Shown here piece by piece: positions 19,072 to 29,139 of a stretch of DNA of 64,000 nt (positions are counted from its first letter, which is position 1; the number at the start of each line of letters is the position of its first letter). The position numbers and the translations under genes are program-made. Under the pieces are notes generated by a model that worked only from the letters and a program-made list of their open reading frames with translations, was not told the origin of the DNA and did not search any database. The DNA comes from Longimicrobiales bacterium (lineage in GTDB: Bacteria > Gemmatimonadota > Gemmatimonadetes > Longimicrobiales > Gaopeijiaceae). The stretch spans positions 480,001 to 544,000 of the forward strand of contig OZ241892.1 in the NCBI GenBank assembly GCA_965203485.1. The letters are read 5' to 3'.

Positions 19072-20862
19072 ATGCGCATCGCCGCCACGACCGTTCTGCT
19101 CCGCTCCTTGATCGCCGTGGTCACCTGGGCAGCACCGGCGGCGGCCGCCGCAGTCCAGACCTGGGCCGTCACGGACGTCCGCGTCTTCGACGGCGAGGCC
19201 GTCCTCGAGCGCGCCACCGTCGTCGTCGAAGACGGGCGCATCGCCGCAGTCGGCCCCGGCGTCGCGGTCCCGCCGAACGCCCGGACCATCGACGGCCAAG
19301 GACGCACCCTGCTGCCGGGCCTCATTGACGCCCACGGGCATTCCTTCGGCGATGCGCTCCACCGCGCTGTCGTCTTCGGCGCCACCACCGTCCTGGACAT
19401 GTTCACCGATCCGGACTTCGCCGCCGAGCAGCGCAGCCAGCAGCAGGCGGGCGCCGCCGCCGACCGCGCCGATCTCTTCTCGGCGGGCGTGCTGGCCACG
19501 GCGCCCGGCGGCCACGGCACCCAGTACGGCATGCCCATTCCCACGCTCGAGGCTCCCGAAGACGCCGCCGCCTGGGTCGCGGCGCGCGTCGCCGAGGGCT
19601 CCGACTTCATCAAGATCGTCGTGGAAGACGGCGCCATGCTCGGCAGGACGACGCCCACCCTTGACCTCCCCACGGTTCAGGCGCTCGTCGCGGCCGCCCG
19701 CGAGCACGGCAAGCTCGCCGTTGCCCACGCGACCACCGTGGCCTCCGCCCGCCTCGCCCTGGCCGCGGGCGTGGACGGGCTGGTGCACATCTTCGCGGAC
19801 TCCGCCCCTCCGGCGGACTTCGTAGCCCAGGCCGCCGCCCAAGGCGCCTTCGTCGCTCCGACGCTGACCGTCCTGGAGAGCGTCACGGGCAGGCCCGCCG
19901 ACGCCGACCTGGTCGGCGACCCCCACATCGGCCCTCTCCTCGACGGGCGCGAGCGGTCGCAGCTCGGCGCTTCCTTTCCTCTCGCGGCGGCCGGAGGCAC
20001 CCGATTCGACAACGCCCTCCAAGCCGTCCGCGCGCTGCACCATGCCGGCGTGGCCATCCTCGCGGGCACTGACGCTCCCAATCCGGGCACCGCGCACGGC
20101 GCGAGCATGCACCGCGAGTTCGACCTCTTGTCGGCCGCCGGCTTGTCTCCCGCCGCCGTCCTGGCATCGGCCACGTCCGTGCCCGCCGACGCATTTGGGC
20201 TGGCCGACAGGGGCCGCATCGCCACGGGCCTGCGCGCCGACCTCGTGTTGGTCGAAGGCAATCCGCTTGAAGACGTACGCGCCGCACGCGCGATCGTCGG
20301 CGTCTGGAAGGGCGGCCACCCGATCGACCGTTCCCCGCCCCCCGCGACGGACCACGCGCCCGCAACCCTCGGGACCTTGGCCGACTTCGACGACGGCCGC
20401 CTTTCCGCGGCTTACGGCGCGGGCTGGCAGCGTTCGACCGACGACATCACCGGCGGCAATTCCACGGTGGCGACGCGCGTCGGCGACGGCGGCGCAGCCG
20501 GCACCCCGCACTACTTGGCGGTCGAGGGCCGGATCGGCGACGCCTTCGCCTTCCCTTGGGCCGGGGCCATGTTCTTCCCGGGCGACGCCGAGATGGCGCC
20601 GGTCGACTTCTCGGCCGCGCGCGAGCTCGTCTTCTGGGCGCGCGGCGAGCCGGCCACGTACCGCGTCATGATGTTCTCCGAGAGCCTGGGACCGGTGCCC
20701 GTCCAGGTTACATTCGAAGTGACGGAGGACTGGACCGAGATCGTTCTTCCGTTGGCCGCGTTCTCCGGACTCGACGCCTCCGGATTGACGGCCGTTCTGT
20801 GGTCGGGAGGCCTCGCCCAGGGCGCCTTCCGGTTCGACATCGACCAGGTCGAGTTTCGCTAG
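19072..20862 (+). CDS. Secreted amidohydrolase-family protein with C-terminal CIA30-like domain
   Basis: LLPGLIDAHGH, GTDAP, GLRADLVLV; C-terminal beta domain (DFDDG...STDDITGGNS...FPWAG). Confidence 0.82.
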   Translation: MRIAATTVLLRSLIAVVTWAAPAAAAAVQTWAVTDVRVFDGEAVLERATVVVEDGRIAAVGPGVAVPPNARTIDGQGRTLLPGLIDAHGHSFGDALHRAVVFGATTVLDMFTDPDFAAEQRSQQQAGAAADRADLFSAGVLATAPGGHGTQYGMPIPTLEAPEDAAAWVAARVAEGSDFIKIVVEDGAMLGRTTPTLDLPTVQALVAAAREHGKLAVAHATTVASARLALAAGVDGLVHIFADSAPPADFVAQAAAQGAFVAPTLTVLESVTGRPADADLVGDPHIGPLLDGRERSQLGASFPLAAAGGTRFDNALQAVRALHHAGVAILAGTDAPNPGTAHGASMHREFDLLSAAGLSPAAVLASATSVPADAFGLADRGRIATGLRADLVLVEGNPLEDVRAARAIVGVWKGGHPIDRSPPPATDHAPATLGTLADFDDGRLSAAYGAGWQRSTDDITGGNSTVATRVGDGGAAGTPHYLAVEGRIGDAFAFPWAGAMFFPGDAEMAPVDFSAARELVFWARGEPATYRVMMFSESLGPVPVQVTFEVTEDWTEIVLPLAAFSGLDASGLTAVLWSGGLAQGAFRFDIDQVEFR

Positions 20863-20941
20863 AACGCCGTCGGGCGCCGCCGCTTGCCCAAGCGCCGTTG
20901 GACACAAGCACCGCCATACCGCTAGAGAAAGAGGTGAATCC

Positions 20942-23356
20942 GTGAACAAGCCCCCGTTCCCCGCGTCTTCCACCGGCGCGCTCCCCCGCGCCGCGACGCC
21001 CGCCGCCGCGTTGGCCGCGGGATTGTCCGCGCTGCTGGCGAGCGCCGCGCCGGCCGCAACCCAGAGCTACGGCTCAGCAGTCGCGGTGAACGGCGCCGAA
21101 GTGTTCGTCGGCGAGCCGCTCAACACGCGCACGGCCGGCTACGTATACGTCTACGGCAAGGACGGGGCCGAGTGGTCCGAGGCGCAGCGTCTCGAAGCGT
21201 CCGACGGCGGCCCGGGCGACTACTTCGGACGGTCGCTGGCCGTCGCGCATGGCGACCTGCTCGTCGGCGCGACCGCCGCGAACGAAGCGACGGGCGCCGT
21301 GTACGTCTTCCGAAGGACCGACGCGGGCGAGTGGACGGAAGTTCAGCGGATCGTCCCGAGCGACGCGAGCGCGGGCGACGCCTTCGGACGGGTCATGGCC
21401 GTCGCCGGCCCGCGCGTCCTGGTTTCGACGTGGGGCCGCTCCGAGGGCCGCGGCGCCGTCTACGCGCTGGCCAGGAACGAAGACGGCGAGTGGACGGAGG
21501 CGGCCCGGCTCGTTGCGGGCGACGGCTCCGCCAACGACCGGTTCGGCACGGCGCTGGCCGGAGACGACGACTGGGCGCTGGTCGGCGTGCCAGCCAAGAA
21601 CCAGAACAGGGGTTCGGTGTACGTGTTCCGGCGCGGCGACGACGGATGGAGCGAGACGCAGCGGATCGAAGTCGAAGGCGCCGACCCGGGGACGCGTTTC
21701 GGCGCCGCGGTCGCGACCGGACACGGCATGGCGCTGATCGGCACGCCCGGCGACCAGCAACTCAGGGGCGCCGTCCGCGGCTACGTGCTCGACGAGGCGA
21801 CCGGCCAGTGGTCCCCGGATGCCGTGCACGCCCCGTTCGATGTTCCCGCGCGGCTGCCAGTGGGCTTCGGGAGCGCGGTCGTGCCGGCCGGCTTCGGGGC
21901 ATGGATCGGCGCACCCGGCGCCGGGCTCTTCTACGTCCTGTCCTGGGACGAGGAGATGGGCGACTGGGGATCGCTCGCGAAAGTCCACATCGATCCTTCC
22001 TATGACGGAAACGGGATTGGGTCCGTCGCCGCGTTGGGCGACGACGTGGGAGTCGTGGGGCTCGTCGGCGACGACTTCGGCGCGGGCTCGGTTGCGGTCG
22101 TCGAGCGAGGCGGCGGCGCGTGGCGGGCGACCGCCAAGGTGGCGAGCGAGATCGCCCCGCTGGACGCCATCACAGGCGAGGACGTCGCTTGCGACGACGG
22201 CATGGCGGGCGAGTTCGCTTGCACGGACGTCGACATCGTTTCCTTCCTGCCCGTGCAGGAAATCGGCGGCGAGAGGGGCGTCGAAGTCAACGACGTCTGG
22301 GGCTGGACCGACCCGGAAACCGGCGGCGAATGGGCGATCGTCGGCCGCTACGACGGCACGTCCTTCATCGACCTGAGCGATCCGGCGAACCCGGTCTACG
22401 CGGGCAACCTGCCCCTGACCGAGGGCGCCCGCCCAGCCGTGTGGCGCGACATCAAGGTCTACGCCGACCACGCCTTCATCGTCTCCGACGGCGCGGGCGA
22501 GCACGGCATGCAGGTCTTCGACCTCACGCAGTTGCGCGAGCGCCGCGACGGGCCCGTCGCCTTCGAGGCCACCGCCCACTACGACGCCATACACAGCGCC
22601 CACAACATCGTGATCAACGAGAACACCGGCTTCGCGTACGCCGTAGGCAGTAGCGGCGGCGGCAGCACGTGCGGCGGCGGACTTCACATGATCGACATCC
22701 GCGAACCCGCCAGCCCCACGTTCGTCGGTTGCTTCGCCGACGCCGAGACGGGACGGCGCGGCACCGGCTACTCGCACGACGCGATGTGCATCACCTACCA
22801 TGGTCCCGACGAGGAGCACCGAGGCAAGGAAGTGTGCTTCGGCTCCAACGAGACGGCACTCAGCATCGCCGACGTGTCGGACAAGGACAACCCCGTGGCT
22901 CTGGCGAAGGCGACGTATCCCAACGCCGGGTACTCGCACCAGGGATGGATCGACGAGCAGCACGAGTACTTCTACATGAACGACGAACTGGACGAGTTGG
23001 GCGGGTCGGTCGCCTCGACCCGCACGCTGGTCTGGGACGTGAAGGACCTGGACGATCCCGTGCTGGCCAAGGAGCACTTCTCGGAGAACAAGTCGTCCGA
23101 CCACAACCTGTACGTTCTGGGCGACTTGATGTATCAGTCGAACTACGTCAGCGGCCTTCGCATCCTGGACATCGCCGACCGGGAGAACCCCAGGGAAGTC
23201 GCGTACTTCGACACCGTGCCGTGGACGGAAGACGCACCGGGCTTCGACGGCTCCTGGAGCAACTACCCCTACTTCAAGAGCGGCGTCATCGTCGTGACGT
23301 CCGGCAAGGAAGGCGTCTTCATCCTCAGGAAGGCCAACCGCAACTTGATTCCGTAG
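20942..23356 (+). CDS. Choice-of-anchor B family protein with N-terminal FG-GAP-like repeats
   Basis: Repeated D.FG / GAVYVF units; [43 protein letters not shown]. Confidence 0.85.
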   Translation: MNKPPFPASSTGALPRAATPAAALAAGLSALLASAAPAATQSYGSAVAVNGAEVFVGEPLNTRTAGYVYVYGKDGAEWSEAQRLEASDGGPGDYFGRSLAVAHGDLLVGATAANEATGAVYVFRRTDAGEWTEVQRIVPSDASAGDAFGRVMAVAGPRVLVSTWGRSEGRGAVYALARNEDGEWTEAARLVAGDGSANDRFGTALAGDDDWALVGVPAKNQNRGSVYVFRRGDDGWSETQRIEVEGADPGTRFGAAVATGHGMALIGTPGDQQLRGAVRGYVLDEATGQWSPDAVHAPFDVPARLPVGFGSAVVPAGFGAWIGAPGAGLFYVLSWDEEMGDWGSLAKVHIDPSYDGNGIGSVAALGDDVGVVGLVGDDFGAGSVAVVERGGGAWRATAKVASEIAPLDAITGEDVACDDGMAGEFACTDVDIVSFLPVQEIGGERGVEVNDVWGWTDPETGGEWAIVGRYDGTSFIDLSDPANPVYAGNLPLTEGARPAVWRDIKVYADHAFIVSDGAGEHGMQVFDLTQLRERRDGPVAFEATAHYDAIHSAHNIVINENTGFAYAVGSSGGGSTCGGGLHMIDIREPASPTFVGCFADAETGRRGTGYSHDAMCITYHGPDEEHRGKEVCFGSNETALSIADVSDKDNPVALAKATYPNAGYSHQGWIDEQHEYFYMNDELDELGGSVASTRTLVWDVKDLDDPVLAKEHFSENKSSDHNLYVLGDLMYQSNYVSGLRILDIADRENPREVAYFDTVPWTEDAPGFDGSWSNYPYFKSGVIVVTSGKEGVFILRKANRNLIP

Positions 23357-23445
23357 CCGAGCAGGCCGGGCCGTCCGCGATTGCAGAGCCCGAGCGCTCG
23401 CCGCGCCAGCGGGTCGTCCCCACCGTCCGGCAAGAGAAGCCGTCC

Positions 23446-24381
23446 ATGATCATCAAGACCAGCCGAGCACGCCAAGTCCCCTCCTCCGAGATCACCTCCG
23501 AGGCCGACTACCTCGACCGTCGCGCGTTCCTGGGCGCCGGGGTGGCTGGGGCCGCCGGAGCCGCCGCCCTGCTGGGCCGCGCGCCCCCCTTGCTGGGAGC
23601 CGCGTTCCCGCAGGAACTCGAGCCGACGCCCGAGAAGGACGTCACTTCGTACAACAACTTCTACGAGTTCGGCCTCGACAAGAAGGATCCGGCCCGCAAC
23701 GCGCACACGCTTCGCACGCACCCGTGGACCGTCAGGGTGGACGGCCTATGCGGCAACCCAGCCGACTACCAGCTGGAGGAATTCGTCAAGCCTTCCGCGC
23801 TTGAGGACCGCGTCTACCGCTTCCGTTGCGTCGAAGCCTGGTCGATGGTGGTGCCTTGGCGTGGATTCCCGCTTGCCGACGTAATCCGGCGCGCAGAACC
23901 CGCGAGCGGCGCCAAGTACGTGGCATTCGAGACGCTGTGGGACCCCCAGCAGATGCCCGAGCGCCGCTGGCGGCCCCGCATCGGCTGGCCCTACCGCGAG
24001 GGACTGCGCCTGGACGAGGCCACGCATCCGCTGACGCTTCTGGCGACCGGCATGTACGGCAAGACGTTGCCCAACCAGAACGGCGCTCCGCTCCGCTTGG
24101 TCGTACCTTGGAAGTACGGCTTCAAGAGCATCAAGTCCATAGTCCGCATCACCTTCACGGAGGAAGAGCCGCCCACGACCTGGGCTACGCAGGCCCCCAA
24201 CGAGTACGGCTTCTACTCCAACGTTAACCCCGACGTCTCGCATCCGCGCTGGAGCCAAGCGCGCGAGCGTCAGCTGGGCAAGGGATTGTTCGCCCGCCGC
24301 GTGCCCACCTTGTTCCTCAACGGCTACGCCGACGAAGTCGGGCATCTCTACGAGGGCATGGATCTGGCGAAGTTCTTCTAG
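23446..24381 (+). CDS. msrP: Protein-methionine-sulfoxide reductase catalytic subunit MsrP
   Basis: Tat [51 protein letters not shown]. Confidence 0.95.
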   Translation: MIIKTSRARQVPSSEITSEADYLDRRAFLGAGVAGAAGAAALLGRAPPLLGAAFPQELEPTPEKDVTSYNNFYEFGLDKKDPARNAHTLRTHPWTVRVDGLCGNPADYQLEEFVKPSALEDRVYRFRCVEAWSMVVPWRGFPLADVIRRAEPASGAKYVAFETLWDPQQMPERRWRPRIGWPYREGLRLDEATHPLTLLATGMYGKTLPNQNGAPLRLVVPWKYGFKSIKSIVRITFTEEEPPTTWATQAPNEYGFYSNVNPDVSHPRWSQARERQLGKGLFARRVPTLFLNGYADEVGHLYEGMDLAKFF

Positions 24382-24417
24382 GACGGTTCACCCGCAACCC
24401 CTGGCCGTTGCCACGGC

Positions 24418-24996
24418 GTGAACCGGATCGTCGTCCTCAAGGCCGCGATCTGGCTGGCCGGCTCCGCGCCCGTGGCGTGGCTGGCCGCCGCCGCCGCCCG
24501 CGACGCGCTGGGCCCCAACCCCGTCGAGACCATTATCCTCGTCGAGGGCCGTTGGACGCTGGTCTTCCTGCTGGCGACGCTGGCCGTCACCCCGGTCCGC
24601 CGCCTAACGAAGTGGAACCAAGTCATAAAGATTCGCCGTCTCCTCGGCCTCTTCGCCTTCTTCCACGCCTGCGTCCACTTCATGGCCTACGCCGGCCTGG
24701 ACCAGTACTTCGCTTTCCGCTACATCGTCGAAGACGTGCTGGAGCGGCGCTACATCACGGCCGGATTCGCCAGCTTGGCGCTCCTCGTTCCATTGGCCGC
24801 CACCTCCACCAAGGGCTGGATCCGGCGCCTGGGCAAGCGCTGGCGCCGACTTCATCGCCTAGCCTACGCCGCCGCCGCGCTGGGCGTCCTTCATTTCTTC
24901 TGGAAGGTGAGGGCCGACACCTTCTGGCCGCTCCTGTCGGCCCTCGTTCTGGCAACGCTCCTGGGGGCTCGCCTCTACTATCGCACGGTGCGCTAG
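24418..24996 (+). CDS. msrQ: MsrQ heme-binding membrane subunit
   Basis: TLAVTP, RRLLGL, PLAATS, WRRLHRLAY; follows msrP. Confidence 0.92.
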   Translation: MNRIVVLKAAIWLAGSAPVAWLAAAAARDALGPNPVETIILVEGRWTLVFLLATLAVTPVRRLTKWNQVIKIRRLLGLFAFFHACVHFMAYAGLDQYFAFRYIVEDVLERRYITAGFASLALLVPLAATSTKGWIRRLGKRWRRLHRLAYAAAALGVLHFFWKVRADTFWPLLSALVLATLLGARLYYRTVR

Positions 24997-25005
24997 CGCC
25001 AGCGA

Positions 25006-25303
25006 CTATCCGCCCAGTCTCCGCACCGTTTCGAGAAAGACCGAGAAGCTGCGGGAGCGGTTGCCTTCCAGGGCGAGTTCTCTTCCGATCGATCTTGAAC
25101 CCAGCAATTTCTGATGGCGGCCGCCCGTGAGCTTGACGAGTTCCCTCGCGGGTCCAACAAGGCTGTCGGGGTCTCTGTATTTCTTCTTCTTCTCGTACTT
25201 CACAAGCCTGGACAACAATCCCAATCCTCGCTCGACTGCAGCCAAGTCTCCGAAGTACCAACTCTCGAGCGGATCGTTCCTCAAGGAAAAAAACTACGTT
25301 CAC
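25006..25303 (-). pseudogene. DUF4276 family gene, internally deleted and frameshifted
   Basis: N-terminus MNVVFFLEERSARE in one frame abuts LESWYFGDLAA...NRSRSF in another frame; directly downstream of the ATPase. Confidence 0.75.
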
Positions 25304-25306
25304 GGC

Positions 25307-26491
25307 TTATGGATCAATTCCGAAAAACAATCCTTGTCTCCAAATACGTCCCATCTTGTCGCCGTCGTCCATAAACGCCCGAATTTGTTCGTCGTCCCGC
25401 GCTCGTACAATTTTCGTATAGCCATTGAATTTTCGCAAGCAATAAACTTCCTCTAATTGGGCTGCATTTAGAAAATCAGGCGAATGCGTGGATACTAGCA
25501 CTTGTCCACCTCGATTGGCGTACAGTCGAAACTCTTCCGCCAGCTCTTCCAGCAAAGCAGGATAGAGTTGGTTTTCCGGCTCTTCCACGCACAGCATCGG
25601 ATGCGGATCAGGATCATACAGCAAAGTCAGATAAGCCAGCATTTTTATGGTCCCGTCCGATACATGGCGGGCGAGAAACGGTCTCCGAAAAGCCTCATGT
25701 TGAAACCTGAGCAGTATCCTGCCTTCTTCTGTTTGCTTGGCTTCCACTCGTGATACGCCTGGAACGCGGGCTTTCAGGCGCTCGAGTATTTCGTTGAACG
25801 CATCGTGATGATGTTGATGAAGGTATTCCACAACCAACGGAAGATTATCGCCTTCGCGAGACAGGTGCTCCGCGTATCCGGCCTCTCGTTCTCTCCGAGC
25901 CTCGCTGATGTGGAAATCCGATATGTGCCAACGTTCAACCAAGTTGCCGAGCGCGACGACGGCCGGAAAGCGTTCGAACTGCGCCAAGCCCTTGATCGCC
26001 AAGAGGTCTGGAGATTTCAGTTCCTGGTCGTCGCGCTCGAGGTCGTCCGCGCTGGCGACCTCGGAGGCCTCGTTGGTGACGGCGTACCCCTTGCCTCTCT
26101 TGAAGTCGAGGAAATGCCAGGGTTTGCCGTATCGGTAGCGACGATACCGGAGGACCTCGCGGGCCACTACTGGCTTTCCGGCGTCTTCGTCTATCGCCAG
26201 CAAGTAGGTCGCGAGGGGCTCGCTGGGCGTCGGGCGATATTTGATTTCGATTTCGATTGGACCCGTGGCGCCACGACTGCGGACTTCGGAGAAACCGCGA
26301 CTTCCGCCCAGCTTGGAGAGGGCGATCTTGACGTTCGTGGTCATGGCGTCACGAAGGAATCCGAAGACCGACAACAACGTAGACTTCCCCGTGCCGTTCG
26401 CGCCGACGAGGATTGCCAAGCGCGGGAGGTCGCGCAACTTGACGTCCGCGAGGGCGCGAAAGTTCTTGATCCGTATCTGCTCAATGCGCAT
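25307..26491 (-). CDS. ABC-type AAA family ATPase (AAA_21/COG4637-like)
   Basis: IKNFRAL, Walker A GANGTGKS, signature VSDGT, Walker B CVEEPEN, STHSP; 3' half has lower GC. Confidence 0.9.
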   Translation of the reverse strand: MRIEQIRIKNFRALADVKLRDLPRLAILVGANGTGKSTLLSVFGFLRDAMTTNVKIALSKLGGSRGFSEVRSRGATGPIEIEIKYRPTPSEPLATYLLAIDEDAGKPVVAREVLRYRRYRYGKPWHFLDFKRGKGYAVTNEASEVASADDLERDDQELKSPDLLAIKGLAQFERFPAVVALGNLVERWHISDFHISEARREREAGYAEHLSREGDNLPLVVEYLHQHHHDAFNEILERLKARVPGVSRVEAKQTEEGRILLRFQHEAFRRPFLARHVSDGTIKMLAYLTLLYDPDPHPMLCVEEPENQLYPALLEELAEEFRLYANRGGQVLVSTHSPDFLNAAQLEEVYCLRKFNGYTKIVRARDDEQIRAFMDDGDKMGRIWRQGLFFGIDP

Positions 26492-26643
26492 GCGCGGCCT
26501 CGTGCGAGAGCATGTCCGATCCGGTGCTCAATTGTAGCCCCGCACCGAGCGATGACCAATAGGTCGCTTTCGCCATAGTCGGGCGTTGGTCCTCTCGTTC
26601 GTTGCGCATCTTGCAGGGGCCGTCGGCGCTCCGATCGCCCAAG

Positions 26644-29139
26644 CTACAAAATCGAATCCAGGTGGAAGTGCGCGCGCAGGGGCGGGTTGGGCCCGTGGAG
26701 GCTTCGGGCCAAGTCCACGCGGATCAGTCCGTCGAGAAGCGTCAGGCCCGCCCCGGCGCCGTAGTGTGGCCGTGCCGTGCCGAAGTTGCGCGAATCTCCA
26801 GCCCAGCCGCCGTCGAGGAAGACGCCCAGTCCCACGAACTTGAACAACCAAGTCGCTTCGACGCGTCCGCGGGCAAACGCCGGTCCGGTGAGCACGGCGT
26901 CCGGATGCCCCCGGAGCGTCCGCGCCCCGCCCAGATGCCATGCCCGTTGTTGCAGTGCACGGCCCCAGGTCGTGCCTGCGCCGGCCTCCGCGCCCAGCCG
27001 CCACCGTCCCCACCCGGTCGCGAAGAGAGGCAACGCCGTTCGCAGAGTTGCTGAAGCCGCCGCGTAGCCCTCGTGAGCGCCTCCGTTCACAGGCCGCCAT
27101 CTCGCCGCTCGCGCCGTCACTTCCAGCCCGAACTGCGCAACGGACGCTTCGGCGCCCCACCACGGCGAAAAGCGCATTTCGATCCCCAATTCCGCGCCCT
27201 CGTCCACGGCTGGATTGGCAGGGAACGCCCATCCGTCCTCGCCTGCCTTGAACAGGGCGAAGCCCGCTTCGGTGCGCAGCGAACGATGGCGCTCGGCGTA
27301 GCCCCGCAGCAGGACGGATTCGCGGGCGGCGGCGGGCGGGCGCCAAACGAGGCCGAGGCCGGTGGAACGGTAGTACCGGCCCCGGTCGCGCCCCGCGAAG
27401 AAGGCCGCGGCCGAGTTGCCGGCTCCCAGGTAGGCCCCCGCGGGGTCGGTCGCCTGCGTCTCGTCGAACGCCTCCAAGGTGAAGCGGCGCAGCACGGTCA
27501 GGCGCTCGACTTCGATCCGCAGTTGCGGGCGCAGCTCCGCCAGCCCCAGCCTCGCGGCGACGGAGAGGGCGTGCCTTCCGTCGAGTTGCCAAGCTCCCCG
27601 CAATCCGGGGGCCAGCCCTTCGACGCGGTTGTAGCGGAGCATGCCGCGATCGCTCCAAGGCCAGCCCACCGACCAATCCAGCGCGGGCCGGGGCGCCCTC
27701 GGCAACTGGGCCAGGCTTTCCGCGAAGGCGTCCAGCTCGGCTTCGGACAGGAAGGCGGGAGCGTCTTCCCAGATTGGGGGCGGGAGGTGCGGGCTGTCCG
27801 TCAAGCCCGTCCGGTCCTCCGGAACGATGAAGAAGGACTCGCGCCCGCCGGGCGGAGGCGCGTCTGAACGGAGCTGCGCCGCGAACGCTGTCGCCTCGGC
27901 CTCGCTGTCGAACTGAACATCCGGGAAGTCCGCACCGCCCGCTTCGACCATGTCGCTTGCCGTGGTCACGGACTCGATCCGATAGGTCTGCTCGAACGAA
28001 GCGGGGAATCGAAACGAACCCGCGCGGATTTCCGCCTCGAGCCGCATCGTGCGAGGAAGCCACGCCTTGAAGTCCCACAGCGCGTAGTCGACCGCGAGCA
28101 GGCTCAAGTCCATCGTCAAGGGTCTCGCGAAGGGCATGAATCGCAAGGGGCTGTCGCCAAAGCCTTCCTCCGTGTCCCGGGTCACGTCGAGTTGCCGGCT
28201 CAAGCGGTAGACGGCGCGCACCAGGGCCCCCGACTCCGGCTCGATCCACAGCGTGCCCGCGATCCGGTGCGGGTCCGCCCGCAAGGGCAGGACGTGCAGC
28301 TGCACGGCTCGGAGTTCGCGTCCGTCCGGGAATCGCAGGGCAACCGTGTCGCCGCTCTGGTAGCGGTACGATTCGTGGGCGTTCGCGGCCAGCGGATGGG
28401 CGAACCAGAAATCGTCCGCGGCGCCGATCGGGCCCATGTCGCGCAGCTCCGTGCGCTCGCGGCCCTCGGTCTTGGCCAGCCCGAACAAGAGCCGGTCGGC
28501 GCCGGGATCGAACGGGCGACTGAAGGGAAGGTCGTTCAGCCAGCCGCGGTCCTCGGCGGGCTGCACCGTCCCGGTGGGGTCGCGGGAACGCATGCCGAGG
28601 ACCTGGACGATGGGATGCTTGTCCCGCCTCCAGAAGACGCGCAACGCGGTCTCGCTGGCGTACACGGTGCGGTCCTTGAGCGAAAGGCGGACAGCTGCGG
28701 CGAGCCGTTGCTGGACCCGCGCGGCGTAGCTGACGATGGATTCGTCCAACCGGCGCCACTGGGCCGCCGCGGCGTCGTAGAGGTCCCGGGCCGCAGTATC
28801 CACGAAGGCTTCGGCGGGCGGCCGCGCTGGCTGGCGCCGCGAGGCGTCGGCTTGCTGGATCCGCGCGACGGCCGCTTGCGCTGGCGGCGGCCGGCCAACG
28901 ACGAGCGCCAGCGCGGCGAAGACGGCGACGGCGCACGCCGGGTTTGCGCCGCTCGGCAATCCACTCCTCCTCGCAACCTTCCATGGGACGAAGACCCTGC
29001 AGGCCTTGCCGAACAGCGGCACCAGCGACCCGGCGGCGCGCCCGTCCTCAATGACCACGTACTCGTTCCTTCCGGCGGTCCGGCCGATTCTGTCGAGTGG
29101 CAAGCCGTCGGCGCCGCAGCGCCAGTCGCGCGGCCTCAA
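26644..29139 (-). CDS. Hypothetical outer-membrane protein with C-terminal beta-barrel
   Basis: Long host-like ORF; LRYNRVEGL, FLDGGWAG, GAGLTLLDGLIRVDLAR; true start probably nearer 28.95-29.0 kb. Confidence 0.55.
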   Translation of the reverse strand: MRPRDWRCGADGLPLDRIGRTAGRNEYVVIEDGRAAGSLVPLFGKACRVFVPWKVARRSGLPSGANPACAVAVFAALALVVGRPPPAQAAVARIQQADASRRQPARPPAEAFVDTAARDLYDAAAAQWRRLDESIVSYAARVQQRLAAAVRLSLKDRTVYASETALRVFWRRDKHPIVQVLGMRSRDPTGTVQPAEDRGWLNDLPFSRPFDPGADRLLFGLAKTEGRERTELRDMGPIGAADDFWFAHPLAANAHESYRYQSGDTVALRFPDGRELRAVQLHVLPLRADPHRIAGTLWIEPESGALVRAVYRLSRQLDVTRDTEEGFGDSPLRFMPFARPLTMDLSLLAVDYALWDFKAWLPRTMRLEAEIRAGSFRFPASFEQTYRIESVTTASDMVEAGGADFPDVQFDSEAEATAFAAQLRSDAPPPGGRESFFIVPEDRTGLTDSPHLPPPIWEDAPAFLSEAELDAFAESLAQLPRAPRPALDWSVGWPWSDRGMLRYNRVEGLAPGLRGAWQLDGRHALSVAARLGLAELRPQLRIEVERLTVLRRFTLEAFDETQATDPAGAYLGAGNSAAAFFAGRDRGRYYRSTGLGLVWRPPAAARESVLLRGYAERHRSLRTEAGFALFKAGEDGWAFPANPAVDEGAELGIEMRFSPWWGAEASVAQFGLEVTARAARWRPVNGGAHEGYAAASATLRTALPLFATGWGRWRLGAEAGAGTTWGRALQQRAWHLGGARTLRGHPDAVLTGPAFARGRVEATWLFKFVGLGVFLDGGWAGDSRNFGTARPHYGAGAGLTLLDGLIRVDLARSLHGPNPPLRAHFHLDSIL

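Noticed and set aside
13590..20973. 1447-aa and 1218-aa minus-strand ORFs
   Set aside because: Antisense shadows of well-supported + strand genes; expected at this GC content.
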